A DNA stretch of 57,516 nucleotides from an uncultured virus (IMG/VR IMGVR_UViG_3300032770_000008) (Duplodnaviria; Heunggongvirae; Uroviricota; Caudoviricetes): the IMG/VR virus record IMGVR_UViG_3300032770_000008; one strand, given 5' to 3'. Position 1 is the first letter of the stretch. Each line of letters starts with the position of its first letter. A model generated the notes under the pieces. It ran no database searches. It was not told where the DNA came from and was given only the letters and a program-made list of their open reading frames with translations. Both the position numbers and the translations under genes were made by a program. Positions 1 through 7,757 of this stretch are shown here, piece by piece.

Positions 1-1
1 G

Positions 2-595
2 GCGTGGGCGCGGCAAGATCGCCACCTCCAGGCGTGGAGCGAGCACCAGCGCGACCGGCTGATCGCGCACCGGCGCGAGGTGTGGCGCGTGATCGCCGCC
101 GAGATCGCGCGGACGTACTCGACGATCCTGATCGAGGACGGCCGCAACGCGAACCAGACGATGCGCCTGCCGGAGATCGAGGGCTGGGAGCGGCCCGCGC
201 CCGAAGACGGCGATCCGTCGGACGGGCGCGACCAGCGGCGGACGAACCGCCTGGTCGCCCCCGGCGAGCTCCGCGACGCGATCGTCAAGGCGGCCCACAA
301 GACCGGCGCGAAGATCGAAGTCGAGCGCAGCGCGGGAACGACGAAGGAATGCGCGCGCTGCGGCCACACGCAGGAGCACGTCGACTTCCGCGCGCAGATC
401 ACGTATCGCTGCGAGGGCTGCGGGGCGATCGACGATCAGGACGCCAACGCGTGCCGGAACCTGCTCAAGCGACACGGGATCGCGGGCGGCCCGGTGCCGC
501 CGCGCGCGCCCAAGGTGCTCGCGCCGGCGAAGAGGCCGCCGGAGCTCGGCAATCACGGAGCGTCACACGCGGCAGAGACGTTCGCCGCGCCGTAG
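2..595 (+). CDS. cas12: Type V CRISPR effector, C-terminal part (Cas12m/V-U1-like, TnpB-derived RuvC + zinc finger); 5' end lies outside the window
   Basis: Frame is open from base 2: AWARQDRHLQAWSEHQRDRLIAHRREVWRVIAAEIARTYSTILIED (bridge helix + RuvC-II), APGELRDAI, TTKECARCG...YRCEGCG (zinc finger), DQDANACRNL (RuvC-III). Stop codon is 63 bp before a CRISPR array. Confidence 0.88.
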   Translation, partial: AWARQDRHLQAWSEHQRDRLIAHRREVWRVIAAEIARTYSTILIEDGRNANQTMRLPEIEGWERPAPEDGDPSDGRDQRRTNRLVAPGELRDAIVKAAHKTGAKIEVERSAGTTKECARCGHTQEHVDFRAQITYRCEGCGAIDDQDANACRNLLKRHGIAGGPVPPRAPKVLAPAKRPPELGNHGASHAAETFAAP

Positions 596-622
596 CGCGG
601 CAGGTGCTCGCGATCGGAGCTG

Positions 623-658
623 TATGATCGCGGCGTGACAACTGAATAGGATACTACT
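623..658 (+). promoter_or_regulatory. Short CRISPR leader / putative array promoter
   Basis: AT-richer patch with TATGAT (623-628) and TAGGAT (647-652); the latter ends 6 nt before repeat 1. Confidence 0.4.
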
Positions 659-1495
659 GTGATCGTGACTGCTCGGCAGGCTGACTGCCGAGACAAGGTG
701 ATGGCGTTCGCCGTGGAGGTCAACTTCCGCGAGTGATCGTGACTGCTCGGCAGGCTGACTGCCGAGACCGGCGAACTGCTCGGGCGCCGCGTACGCTGGC
801 GTTCGTGATCGTGACTGCTCGGCAGGCTGACTGCCGAGACGCATCGATGGTTCCGGTGTCGCGAAGCAGGAGCAAGGTGATCGTGACTGCTCGGCAGGCT
901 GACTGCCGAGACTCCAGTTTCGCGTTGCTGACGCCCGTGGCGACGAAGCCGTGATCGTGACTGCTCGGCAGGCTGACTGCCGAGACTATCCTGGCCGAAC
1001 GGGCGGCCCTCGTATCGATCCCGTGATCGTGACTGCTCGGCAGGCTGACTGCCGAGACAAACACCAAGCTGGCTAGAATTCGATTCTTAGGGGCGTGATC
1101 GTGACTGCTCGGCAGGCTGACTGCCGAGACTTCGGCGGCTTCGCGGCAAGGTCCCTGGCCGCTTTCGGTGATCGTGACTGCTCGGCAGGCTGACTGCCGA
1201 GACGGCGATCCATGTTAGCGCACGGTCGACGAGCCCAGGCGTGATCGTGACTGCTCGGCAGGCTGACTGCCGAGACGCAAGAACGGCTTGCCGCGCCGCG
1301 GGGTCTCGGCGGCGAGTGATCGTGACTGCTCGGCAGGCTGACTGCCGAGACCCCTGGGGACCCTCGAGCACAAGAACCGTGTCGAGTGATCGTGACTGCT
1401 CGGCAGGCTGACTGCCGAGACGCGTCTTGGAGGGGTAGGAATCCTCGTCGAGAGACATTGTGATCGTGACTGCTCGGCAGGCTGACTGCCGAGAC
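659..1495 (+). CRISPR. CRISPR array: 12 identical 36-bp repeats GTGATCGTGACTGCTCGGCAGGCTGACTGCCGAGAC with 11 unique spacers of 34-39 nt
   Basis: Repeats start at 659, 733, 805, 877, 951, 1023, 1095, 1168, 1241, 1316, 1386 and 1460. Each has the hairpin CTCGGCAG-GCTGA-CTGCCGAG. Orientation is inferred from the upstream effector, trailer-end decay and G-U compatible variants. Confidence 0.98.
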
Positions 1496-1710
1496 TTGCC
1501 AGGTCCGTCGCCCCCGTTCTCGGCGAGCTGACTGCCGAAACCGGCCGCCGGCCGTGCGTGTGGTGCTCATGATCGTACTTGTTCGGTGAGTTGATCGCCG
1601 AGACAGTGGGACCTTCCGCAGATCGTAGTTGCTCGGCGAACTGACTGCCGAGACGCAGAGTGGTCGATTGCACGTAAATCGCACTTGCTCGGCGTATTGA
1701 CTGCCGAGAC
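1496..1710 (+). CRISPR. Four diverged trailer repeats separated by short spacers
   Basis: Partial repeat at about 1516-1541; full-length variants at 1569-1604, 1619-1654 and 1675-1710; intervening segments about 20, 27, 14 and 20 nt. Confidence 0.9.
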
Positions 1711-1738
1711 CCGAGCTGGCGAACGTTTTTCGCTAGTC

Positions 1739-1984
1739 CTACGCGATCGCGTCCTGGCCGTGCAGCCAGAGCGATCGCACGTACTCGCTCGGCCAGCCGG
1801 CGAGGATCATCTCCCAGCACGCGCGTATCCGATCGTAGTACGCCTGCGCCGCATTCTCCTCGCGCGCCGTGCGGGGGCGCGACAGCCACGGTTCGGCGCG
1901 GTGCTCCACAATCGCGAGCTCATCGCTCGAGCGGAGCTCGATCCGATCGCGGCCGCGCAAGAGCGGGACGATGTCGATCGTCAC
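1739..1984 (-). CDS. Hypothetical protein (81 aa)
   Basis: GTG start overlaps the stop of the upstream gene (GTGA); protein-like composition. Confidence 0.6.
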   Translation of the reverse strand: MTIDIVPLLRGRDRIELRSSDELAIVEHRAEPWLSRPRTAREENAAQAYYDRIRACWEMILAGWPSEYVRSLWLHGQDAIA

Positions 1985-2553
1985 CGGGCCTCGACGAGCG
2001 CGACGCCGGCCGCGGCGAGCCGCTCGGCCTGCCTCGGGAAGTGCCGCGGGAACGCCGCGAGCATCGCCTCGGCCGTGTGATCGCCGGCGACGATGAAGCA
2101 CGAGTTGCAGTTGCTACGGGTATCGCCCTGCGTGCGATCCCACCACGACAAGATCGTGTAGAGCTCCTCGTCGAGCTTCTCGATCGAGCGCGCGAACTGT
2201 CCCTGCGGCAGCTCGTCGGAAGCGTACTCGAGCCTCTGGCGATCCTCCGCGCGCGGCACGAGTCCGACGCGCACGAGATGTCCCGTTCCGCGGTGCCGCC
2301 GCGGCGCGTAGCCACCGTCGAGCCGTAGCCGCTCGAGCGGCGAATCGTCGGCGTGCCGACCGCGCCGGTTAAACAGATAATGCCCAGCCTGGAGCCAGCA
2401 GCCGTGCCACCAGGAACGCGCATCGTCCGCGATCGGCGCGCCAGGCGGATGCTCGGACAGCCACCACGCCTCGAAGGTGTCCGAGACGCCCTCGCGCGCG
2501 GCAAACCACGCGCGCCGCGCGAGCTCGCGTTCCTGATCGAGCCTCGTCGTCAC
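1981..2553 (-). CDS. Hypothetical protein (190 aa)
   Basis: Long ORF in the minus-strand run; Trp-rich, natural composition. Confidence 0.7.
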   Translation of the reverse strand: MTTRLDQERELARRAWFAAREGVSDTFEAWWLSEHPPGAPIADDARSWWHGCWLQAGHYLFNRRGRHADDSPLERLRLDGGYAPRRHRGTGHLVRVGLVPRAEDRQRLEYASDELPQGQFARSIEKLDEELYTILSWWDRTQGDTRSNCNSCFIVAGDHTAEAMLAAFPRHFPRQAERLAAAGVALVEAR

Positions 2554-2557
2554 CGCG

Positions 2558-2872
2558 TCACCGCGAGTCCCCCGCGAACAAGATCTTGCCGTCCACGATC
2601 TCGATGTGCATCGCGCACCGATCGTGGTCTCCCGGGACCCGGCGGATGCTCGGTGAGATCGTCATCGTCGCGAAATCATCGCCGCTCCTCTCCCAGATCG
2701 CGCCGCTCGCCGGCGCCCACGCGGTCCCGTCGCGCGTGGGCGTGAACGGAATCGTGTGGTGGCAGTCCGCGTGGCCTTCGGGACAGTCGAACGTGAGGTA
2801 GCGATCGGCGCGCTCGCCGTAGTAGGTGCCCCAGCGCGGGTTGCAGTCGATGAGGCGCGTCATGCGCGGCAT
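2558..2872 (-). CDS. DUF6527-like Cys/His small protein
   Basis: FDCPEGH..CHH...WERSGDDFATMTISPSI...CAMHIEIVDG pattern; ATG coupled to upstream TGA. Confidence 0.65.
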   Translation of the reverse strand: MPRMTRLIDCNPRWGTYYGERADRYLTFDCPEGHADCHHTIPFTPTRDGTAWAPASGAIWERSGDDFATMTISPSIRRVPGDHDRCAMHIEIVDGKILFAGDSR

Positions 2873-3087
2873 CAGTTGCCCTCTCGGCGGATCTTCGCCT
2901 CGGCGGCGAGATCGAGGATCGACTTGCCGCCGACGCGCGCGCCGCAGTGCGAGCACTGTCCGTCGACGTCGAAGCTGTGACCCCGCGCGGCGACGCAGCC
3001 GAGCCAGCGATCGACGGCCTCTGTCTTCGACGGATCGCCGCCGGCGGAGGCGATCGTGATCGCGAGCAGGCGACGCAGCGCGGACAT
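2872..3087 (-). CDS. Small zinc-finger hypothetical protein
   Basis: C...GH...CSHC motif; coupled to radA stop. Confidence 0.6.
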   Translation of the reverse strand: MSALRRLLAITIASAGGDPSKTEAVDRWLGCVAARGHSFDVDGQCSHCGARVGGKSILDLAAEAKIRREGN

Positions 3088-3983
3088 CAGTGAAACGGCT
3101 CCTCGTCCCAGCCGTCTTCATCCATCGGCTCGAGGCCCTCCGATCCCATGACGAAGTAGCCGCGCGACGTGGTGGCACCGAAGCGATTCTTGGTCGCGCG
3201 CAAGATCCGTTCGGCGCCCGCGCGTCGCGCGCCGACCTCGAGATCGAGCACGACATCGACGAGATGCCCGAGCGTCGCGGGTCCCGCGAGCAGACCCTCC
3301 TTGTCGACGTGACCGATGAGCCAGGTCGTGATGCCCTCGCCCTTGGCGAACTCGACGATCCGGCGCACGCTCTCGCGCGACTGCGCCGGCGATCCGGGAT
3401 ATCCCTTGACGTCCGAGGCCACGAGCGTGTGGATCGAGTCGATCACGATGACGCGCGGCTTGAGCGCGCGGGCATGCGCGATGATCTTGTCGACGTCTGT
3501 CTCGGCGGCCGGGTAGATCTTCCGGCTCGTCGCGCCGACGCGGTGCGCGCGCGGCGCGATCTGCTCGATCGATTCTTCCCCCGTCGCATACAGCGCCCGG
3601 AGATCGAGACCGGCGAGCATCTGCATCGCGAGCGTCGACTTGCCGGCCCCGGCCTGCGCGCTGATCACGACGACCGATCCGATGACGAGCCCGCCTCCCA
3701 GGACCGCGTCGAGCGGCGCCAGATTCGTCGGATCCCGCGGGTGATCGATCACCGTGATCTCGGAGAGCGGGACGAGCTTGGGAGGCTCTTCTGCGACGGG
3801 ATCTTCGAGATCCTCGTCGCGCCGCGGCGCGGGGACGGCCACGAGCTTCGGCACTGGCGGCGCCGACTCCTCCCGGAGCTCGAGATCGAACGCCTGGCAG
3901 CGCGTGCAGCGCGCCTGCCATGCGGCATGCGCGTAGCCGCACGCGCGACAGACGTAGCGGCGAGCTCGCGCGACGTCGCTCAC
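3087..3983 (-). CDS. radA: RadA/Sms-like ATPase lacking the C-terminal Lon-like domain
   Basis: N-terminal C4 zinc finger (CRACG...CTRC), Walker A AGAGKST, TGEES, Walker B VIVIDSI, GHVDKEG.LAGP, KNRFG; only 298 aa. Confidence 0.9.
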   Translation of the reverse strand: MSDVARARRYVCRACGYAHAAWQARCTRCQAFDLELREESAPPVPKLVAVPAPRRDEDLEDPVAEEPPKLVPLSEITVIDHPRDPTNLAPLDAVLGGGLVIGSVVVISAQAGAGKSTLAMQMLAGLDLRALYATGEESIEQIAPRAHRVGATSRKIYPAAETDVDKIIAHARALKPRVIVIDSIHTLVASDVKGYPGSPAQSRESVRRIVEFAKGEGITTWLIGHVDKEGLLAGPATLGHLVDVVLDLEVGARRAGAERILRATKNRFGATTSRGYFVMGSEGLEPMDEDGWDEEPFH

Positions 3984-4558
3984 TCGTCCCCCGCGGGCGC
4001 CGTGAGATCGACGGTCTGATATCCGTCCGTCGCCGGCGAGCCGAGCGGCACGATGCGGATCATTTCCTTCTTGCGCCGATCCTTGTCGACCTGGACCTCA
4101 TAGAGCGGCCAGCGATTGAACCAGCGCCACCATCCGAACGGCACGAAGTCCGCGCCGGGCGGGCGCGTGCGCGGCGCGATCACCGCATCACGCACGGGAT
4201 CCGCGCCGAGGTGTTCGAGGATCTTGTCGAGCATCACGACGTGCTTCTCGGACGGCACGCGCTCGTCTCGTCGCGTCGCGTGTAGGACCCACCAGAGCTG
4301 GCCACCCTCCTTGTACATGGACGCCTGGATCTTCCAGCCATAGATCTCGACCGGCTCCCAGAGGAGTTTCCGCTCGTCGGGCGGCACGCGATCGATCTCT
4401 TCCTGGAGCCCGCTGCCGTCGCCGGTCCGAACCGCGCGCGCGAAGAGTTCGAGCAGCCGCATGAGCCCCGGGGGGAGCTCCTGGGCCATCTGATGACCGG
4501 CGGACAAGATCGTCATCTTGAGACGATCTGCCTTCTTCTTCCAGCCGAGCTCGATCAT
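3980..4558 (-). CDS. Hypothetical protein (192 aa)
   Basis: ATGA-coupled start MIELGWKKK; natural composition. Confidence 0.7.
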   Translation of the reverse strand: MIELGWKKKADRLKMTILSAGHQMAQELPPGLMRLLELFARAVRTGDGSGLQEEIDRVPPDERKLLWEPVEIYGWKIQASMYKEGGQLWWVLHATRRDERVPSEKHVVMLDKILEHLGADPVRDAVIAPRTRPPGADFVPFGWWRWFNRWPLYEVQVDKDRRKKEMIRIVPLGSPATDGYQTVDLTAPAGDE

Positions 4559-4947
4559 GGCGTGGCTCCGCGCGCCCAGGGTTCGAGATCCGGCACGCCC
4601 TCGATCACGACGTTGTGGTGCCAAATCGACGTCTCCGTCGGATGCTCGCCATCGTGCACGGTACCTGACGTGAGCACGTTGATCGACGGCACGACATTCC
4701 ACGCGCCCTCGCGCGTGGCCGGCTGGAGCGCCCACGTCTTGCCGCCGGGACCGTCGGCATCGTAGGTCCCGCGCGGATTCACTGGCACGGCCGCGCAGAG
4801 CGCCTCGCCGCCGGCGTCCGGGATCACCCGGAACCACAGGAGCCACCACGATCGCCCCGCGCCATCACCAGCGCGGTGCATCGTGCAATCGCCGACGTTG
4901 AGCGCGTCGACGTCGATCAAGCCGCGGTATTGGAGAATGCTAGCCAT
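4555..4947 (-). CDS. Hypothetical protein, DUF6527-like C-terminus
   Basis: TWAL...WNVVPSINV...WH; TAACCT -10 box 8 nt upstream of the ATG. Confidence 0.6.
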   Translation of the reverse strand: MASILQYRGLIDVDALNVGDCTMHRAGDGAGRSWWLLWFRVIPDAGGEALCAAVPVNPRGTYDADGPGGKTWALQPATREGAWNVVPSINVLTSGTVHDGEHPTETSIWHHNVVIEGVPDLEPWARGATP

Positions 4948-4978
4948 GGGGAAATAGGTTACTTCGGGCAGCTGACGA

Positions 4979-5728
4979 TCAACATCGGCGAAGAATCGAT
5001 CGTTGAAGCACCCCGTGGTAGCCGCGCGAGAGGATCGACCCCCCACCGGCTCCGCAGGTCACGCCGACCTTGTCGACGGTGACGAGCTCGCCCCGGCTCG
5101 GATCCCCGTGCGCGCACCAGCAGCGGTGGCGCCGATCTTCTTTTCTGTCGCAGTTGTTCGCGCGCGACATGACGTCCCACGATCCGCCGTGCGGGAGCAC
5201 GACGTTCAAATGCGGCTCGGAGCAATCGTCCCAATACCAGCACGCACCCGTCTTGTCGTCGTGCGTCCACGTCGAGTGGAAGCAGTCGCCCGGCGACATC
5301 GCGCGCTCCTCGACGATCGTCCGATCCGGAGCCTCGTAGAGCCGGCTATGAAACACCTGGAAGGCATGCGACGGCAGCCCTGCCGGCCGCGCGGCGCCGC
5401 ACGCGTCACAGTGATCCGGCCAGCACTGCGCCGGATGGTCGCTCGGATCGCCGCCGAGCTCGAAATCTTCGATGCGGTCGGAATCGGCGAGATGAATCAC
5501 ACCGTCGTGATAACCACGATCGCCGCACGCGCCATCGCCGTCCCAGAAAACGCGCAGAACGGCGCGCGTACCCACCTCGCGCAGGTAGCGAAGCGGGATA
5601 TTCTGATCGAGCGGATCGATAGGATCGTTGATGATCGAAGGCGCCGGCGGTGGAGCTGTGATCATGGGCGGGGACGCGGGCGAACGCGCGAGCGGCGCGC
5701 GTCGCGATCGGAGGACGACATCGGTCAT
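4979..5728 (-). CDS. Cys/His-rich phage-type protein, DUF6527-related
   Basis: WPDHCDACG; WDVMSRANNC...HRCWCAHG...TCGAGGGSI...YHGVL; ATGA-coupled start. Confidence 0.65.
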   Translation of the reverse strand: MTDVVLRSRRAPLARSPASPPMITAPPPAPSIINDPIDPLDQNIPLRYLREVGTRAVLRVFWDGDGACGDRGYHDGVIHLADSDRIEDFELGGDPSDHPAQCWPDHCDACGAARPAGLPSHAFQVFHSRLYEAPDRTIVEERAMSPGDCFHSTWTHDDKTGACWYWDDCSEPHLNVVLPHGGSWDVMSRANNCDRKEDRRHRCWCAHGDPSRGELVTVDKVGVTCGAGGGSILSRGYHGVLQRSILRRC

Positions 5729-6048
5729 CGTCCAGTACCCGAAAGAGCCGTCGCCGACAGCAGGTCCGGCTCGTCTGGTAGAGCAATCGCGGCGACGGAA
5801 CCACACGCCTCTGCCTGCCACGCGGTCACGAGAACCGAGCAGTCGATCACCGGTGCGCAGCGGCCATCCTTCATCCGGCCCCATCCCTCGGCGCACGGCG
5901 AGAGCGGCGATTCCGATCGGCCGAACACGCGCATCGCGAGCACGAGAGACAGCGCGCACGCGATCGTGAGCAGCCCCGTCGCGCCGAGAAGGAAGAAGAT
6001 CCACTCGCGTCGACGATCGCGCGGTTTGACGACCTCACGGCAGAGCAT
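5725..6048 (-). CDS. Membrane-anchored Cys-containing protein
   Basis: Hydrophobic segment WIFFLLGATGLLTIACALSLVLAM followed by four Cys. Confidence 0.5.
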   Translation of the reverse strand: MLCREVVKPRDRRREWIFFLLGATGLLTIACALSLVLAMRVFGRSESPLSPCAEGWGRMKDGRCAPVIDCSVLVTAWQAEACGSVAAIALPDEPDLLSATALSGTGR

Positions 6049-6337
6049 GCGGACACCTTCGCTCGAGCTGATCACCGATCCGTTCGAGCGCGCGCGCCTG
6101 GCGGTAGCTGAACGATTGACCGACGAGCCCCATGACGGTCGCCGCGACGCCGAGGCCGCCGACGATCGCGCCAATGATGAGCTGGCGACGCATCCGCCGG
6201 CGCATCGAATCTTCAGATCTCGCCTTGGGCAGCACGATCCCAGCCGCGCGCGCGGCCTCCTCCTGGTCGTGCAAGATCGCCTGCGCGCGCAAGAGTGTCT
6301 CGTGATCCTCGGGGGAGATCGACGGCAATTCCGGCAC
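6035..6337 (-). CDS. Single-TM membrane protein
   Basis: RRRMRRQ followed by LIIGAIVGGLGVAATVMGLVG. Confidence 0.6.
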   Translation of the reverse strand: MPELPSISPEDHETLLRAQAILHDQEEAARAAGIVLPKARSEDSMRRRMRRQLIIGAIVGGLGVAATVMGLVGQSFSYRQARALERIGDQLERRCPHALP

Positions 6338-6486
6338 GATCCAGATCTACCACTCGGCGGGGCAGATCTCTCCCTCTTGACGATCCAGGCGATCTCGTCG
6401 ATCCTACGATCTGCTTGAGCGGCGCCATGCCAAAGAACCGCTCGCCGGCACCCCGATGGACAAGCCTCCCGCCGGGTTAGCCGGTC

Positions 6487-6777
6487 TTATGCCGCGTTCG
6501 GCTCGCGGCTCGCGACGTCGTGCAGATACTCGAGATCGACGCCGGCGAGCTCGGCGTACCGCGTGATCTTCGTCCGATCGCCCGCGAGCGCCTCGGCGTA
6601 GTAGCCCGCCGCGAGCGCGACGTGCGCGAAGCGCGCGACGGCCGCCAGATCATCGAGATCCGCGAGTGCCACGCTCGCGAGCGACCGATCGCGGGGCGTG
6701 GCCGACGTGCGCACGAGCAAAAGCCCACTCGTGGTGAGGTTCGCCTCGATGTTCCGGCGACGCGTGACGATCAACAT
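6487..6777 (-). CDS. Hypothetical protein (96 aa)
   Basis: GAGG RBS; natural composition. Confidence 0.6.
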   Translation of the reverse strand: MLIVTRRRNIEANLTTSGLLLVRTSATPRDRSLASVALADLDDLAAVARFAHVALAAGYYAEALAGDRTKITRYAELAGVDLEYLHDVASREPNAA

Positions 6778-6781
6778 GCCC

Positions 6782-7267
6782 TCATCGTCGCAGGCGCGTC
6801 TGACGTCGCCGCGCGATCCCGAGGCCGATCCCGATGCCCAACCCCACGAGCAGGAGCGCGCCGCCGAAGCCGATACCAGAGCTCGGAGCCGCCGGCGCCG
6901 GCGCTACCTTCGCGCGCGCGGCATCGAACGCCCGGATGGCCTCCTCCTGCGACAAGCGATCGTCGAGCGCCAGCTGCTCGAGCGCGGCCTGCCAACCGAC
7001 CTGCGCGCCGGCCAAGAACACGGCGCCCTCGCGCCCTTCGCGCGCCTCCTTGAGACGCGGCAGGATCTCGTCGAGGAAGCGCTTGCGCCGGACCGCGCGC
7101 GCGACGGTGTCCTCGCCGGCGATCTCGGGGAACAGCGCCAGGCCCTGAACCAGATCAACGATCTGGTAACCCGGCCACTGCGCTCCGCCGCCACCTCGAT
7201 CGATCTTGACGAGCGGCAGGACGGCTGGAACGACGTTCTGATTGTTCGCGATCAGGGGGACGAGCAT
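6782..7267 (-). CDS. C-terminally anchored membrane protein, paralog 1
   Basis: Near-identical N-terminus to the adjacent gene; C-terminal TM plus basic tail. Confidence 0.8.
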   Translation of the reverse strand: MLVPLIANNQNVVPAVLPLVKIDRGGGGAQWPGYQIVDLVQGLALFPEIAGEDTVARAVRRKRFLDEILPRLKEAREGREGAVFLAGAQVGWQAALEQLALDDRLSQEEAIRAFDAARAKVAPAPAAPSSGIGFGGALLLVGLGIGIGLGIARRRQTRLRR

Positions 7268-7272
7268 CGGCC

Positions 7273-7719
7273 CTATCCCTTGCTTCGCGCGCGAAAGAGG
7301 AGCGCCACGATCGCGATCGCGCCGACGACCGCGAGCGCCGTACCGAGTCCCGACGGGCGCGCCGCCGCGGCGCGCGCCTCGGCCGCACGAGCTCGTGCCT
7401 CGGCAGACGCCGTCCGTGCCTCGAACTCCTCGAGCTGCGCGAACTGACCGACCTGGATACCGGCGAGGAAGGCCGCGGCGCGCTGGCGCTCGCGGGCGTC
7501 GCGGATCGCGGGCAGTGCTTCATCGAGCCAGCGCGCGCGGCGCACGGCGCGCGAGACAGCATCTTCGCCGGCGATCTCGGGGAAGAGCGCGATCGCGGCG
7601 GAGATGTCGACGATCTCGTAGCCGGGCCAGCGCCGACCACCGCCGCCTCGATCGATTTTCACGAGCGGCAGCGACGCCGGAACGACGTTCTGATTGTTCG
7701 CGATCAGCGGAAGAAGCAC
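7273..7719 (-). CDS. C-terminally anchored membrane protein, paralog 2
   Basis: PLIANNQNVVPA.LPLVKIDRGGGG..WPGY...ALFPEIAGED shared with paralog 1; TAGAAT 9 nt upstream. Confidence 0.8.
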   Translation of the reverse strand: MLLPLIANNQNVVPASLPLVKIDRGGGGRRWPGYEIVDISAAIALFPEIAGEDAVSRAVRRARWLDEALPAIRDARERQRAAAFLAGIQVGQFAQLEEFEARTASAEARARAAEARAAAARPSGLGTALAVVGAIAIVALLFRARSKG

Positions 7720-7757
7720 GTTTCGTCGATTCTACCGCCACCGCGGCAAGATCGCGA

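Noticed and set aside
2..595. IS200/IS605 TnpB transposon
   Set aside because: The C-terminus is TnpB-like, but it is followed directly by a bona fide CRISPR array rather than a transposon end, and the bridge-helix region looks Cas12m-like.
1277..1315. Spacer 9 contains GTCTCGGC, the reverse complement of the repeat 3' end (anti-repeat/tracr-like)
   Set aside because: Only 8 nt of high-GC sequence inside a normal-length spacer; chance is plausible.
1496..1674. Partial matches of short spacers within the window (e.g. CGTGCAATCG near 4882; GCCAGGTCC near 17911)
   Set aside because: Only 9-10 nt, intragenic and expected by chance in 57 kb; a computed search is needed.
563..1889. ORFs with repeated SAVSLPSSHDH / RQSACRAVTIT peptides
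   Set aside because: These are translations of the CRISPR repeats, not genes.
5003..6418. Long plus-strand ORFs here and elsewhere (e.g. 21186-22622, 45035-46423, 47455-48978)
   Set aside because: Arg-rich antisense shadows of well-supported minus-strand genes in high-GC DNA.
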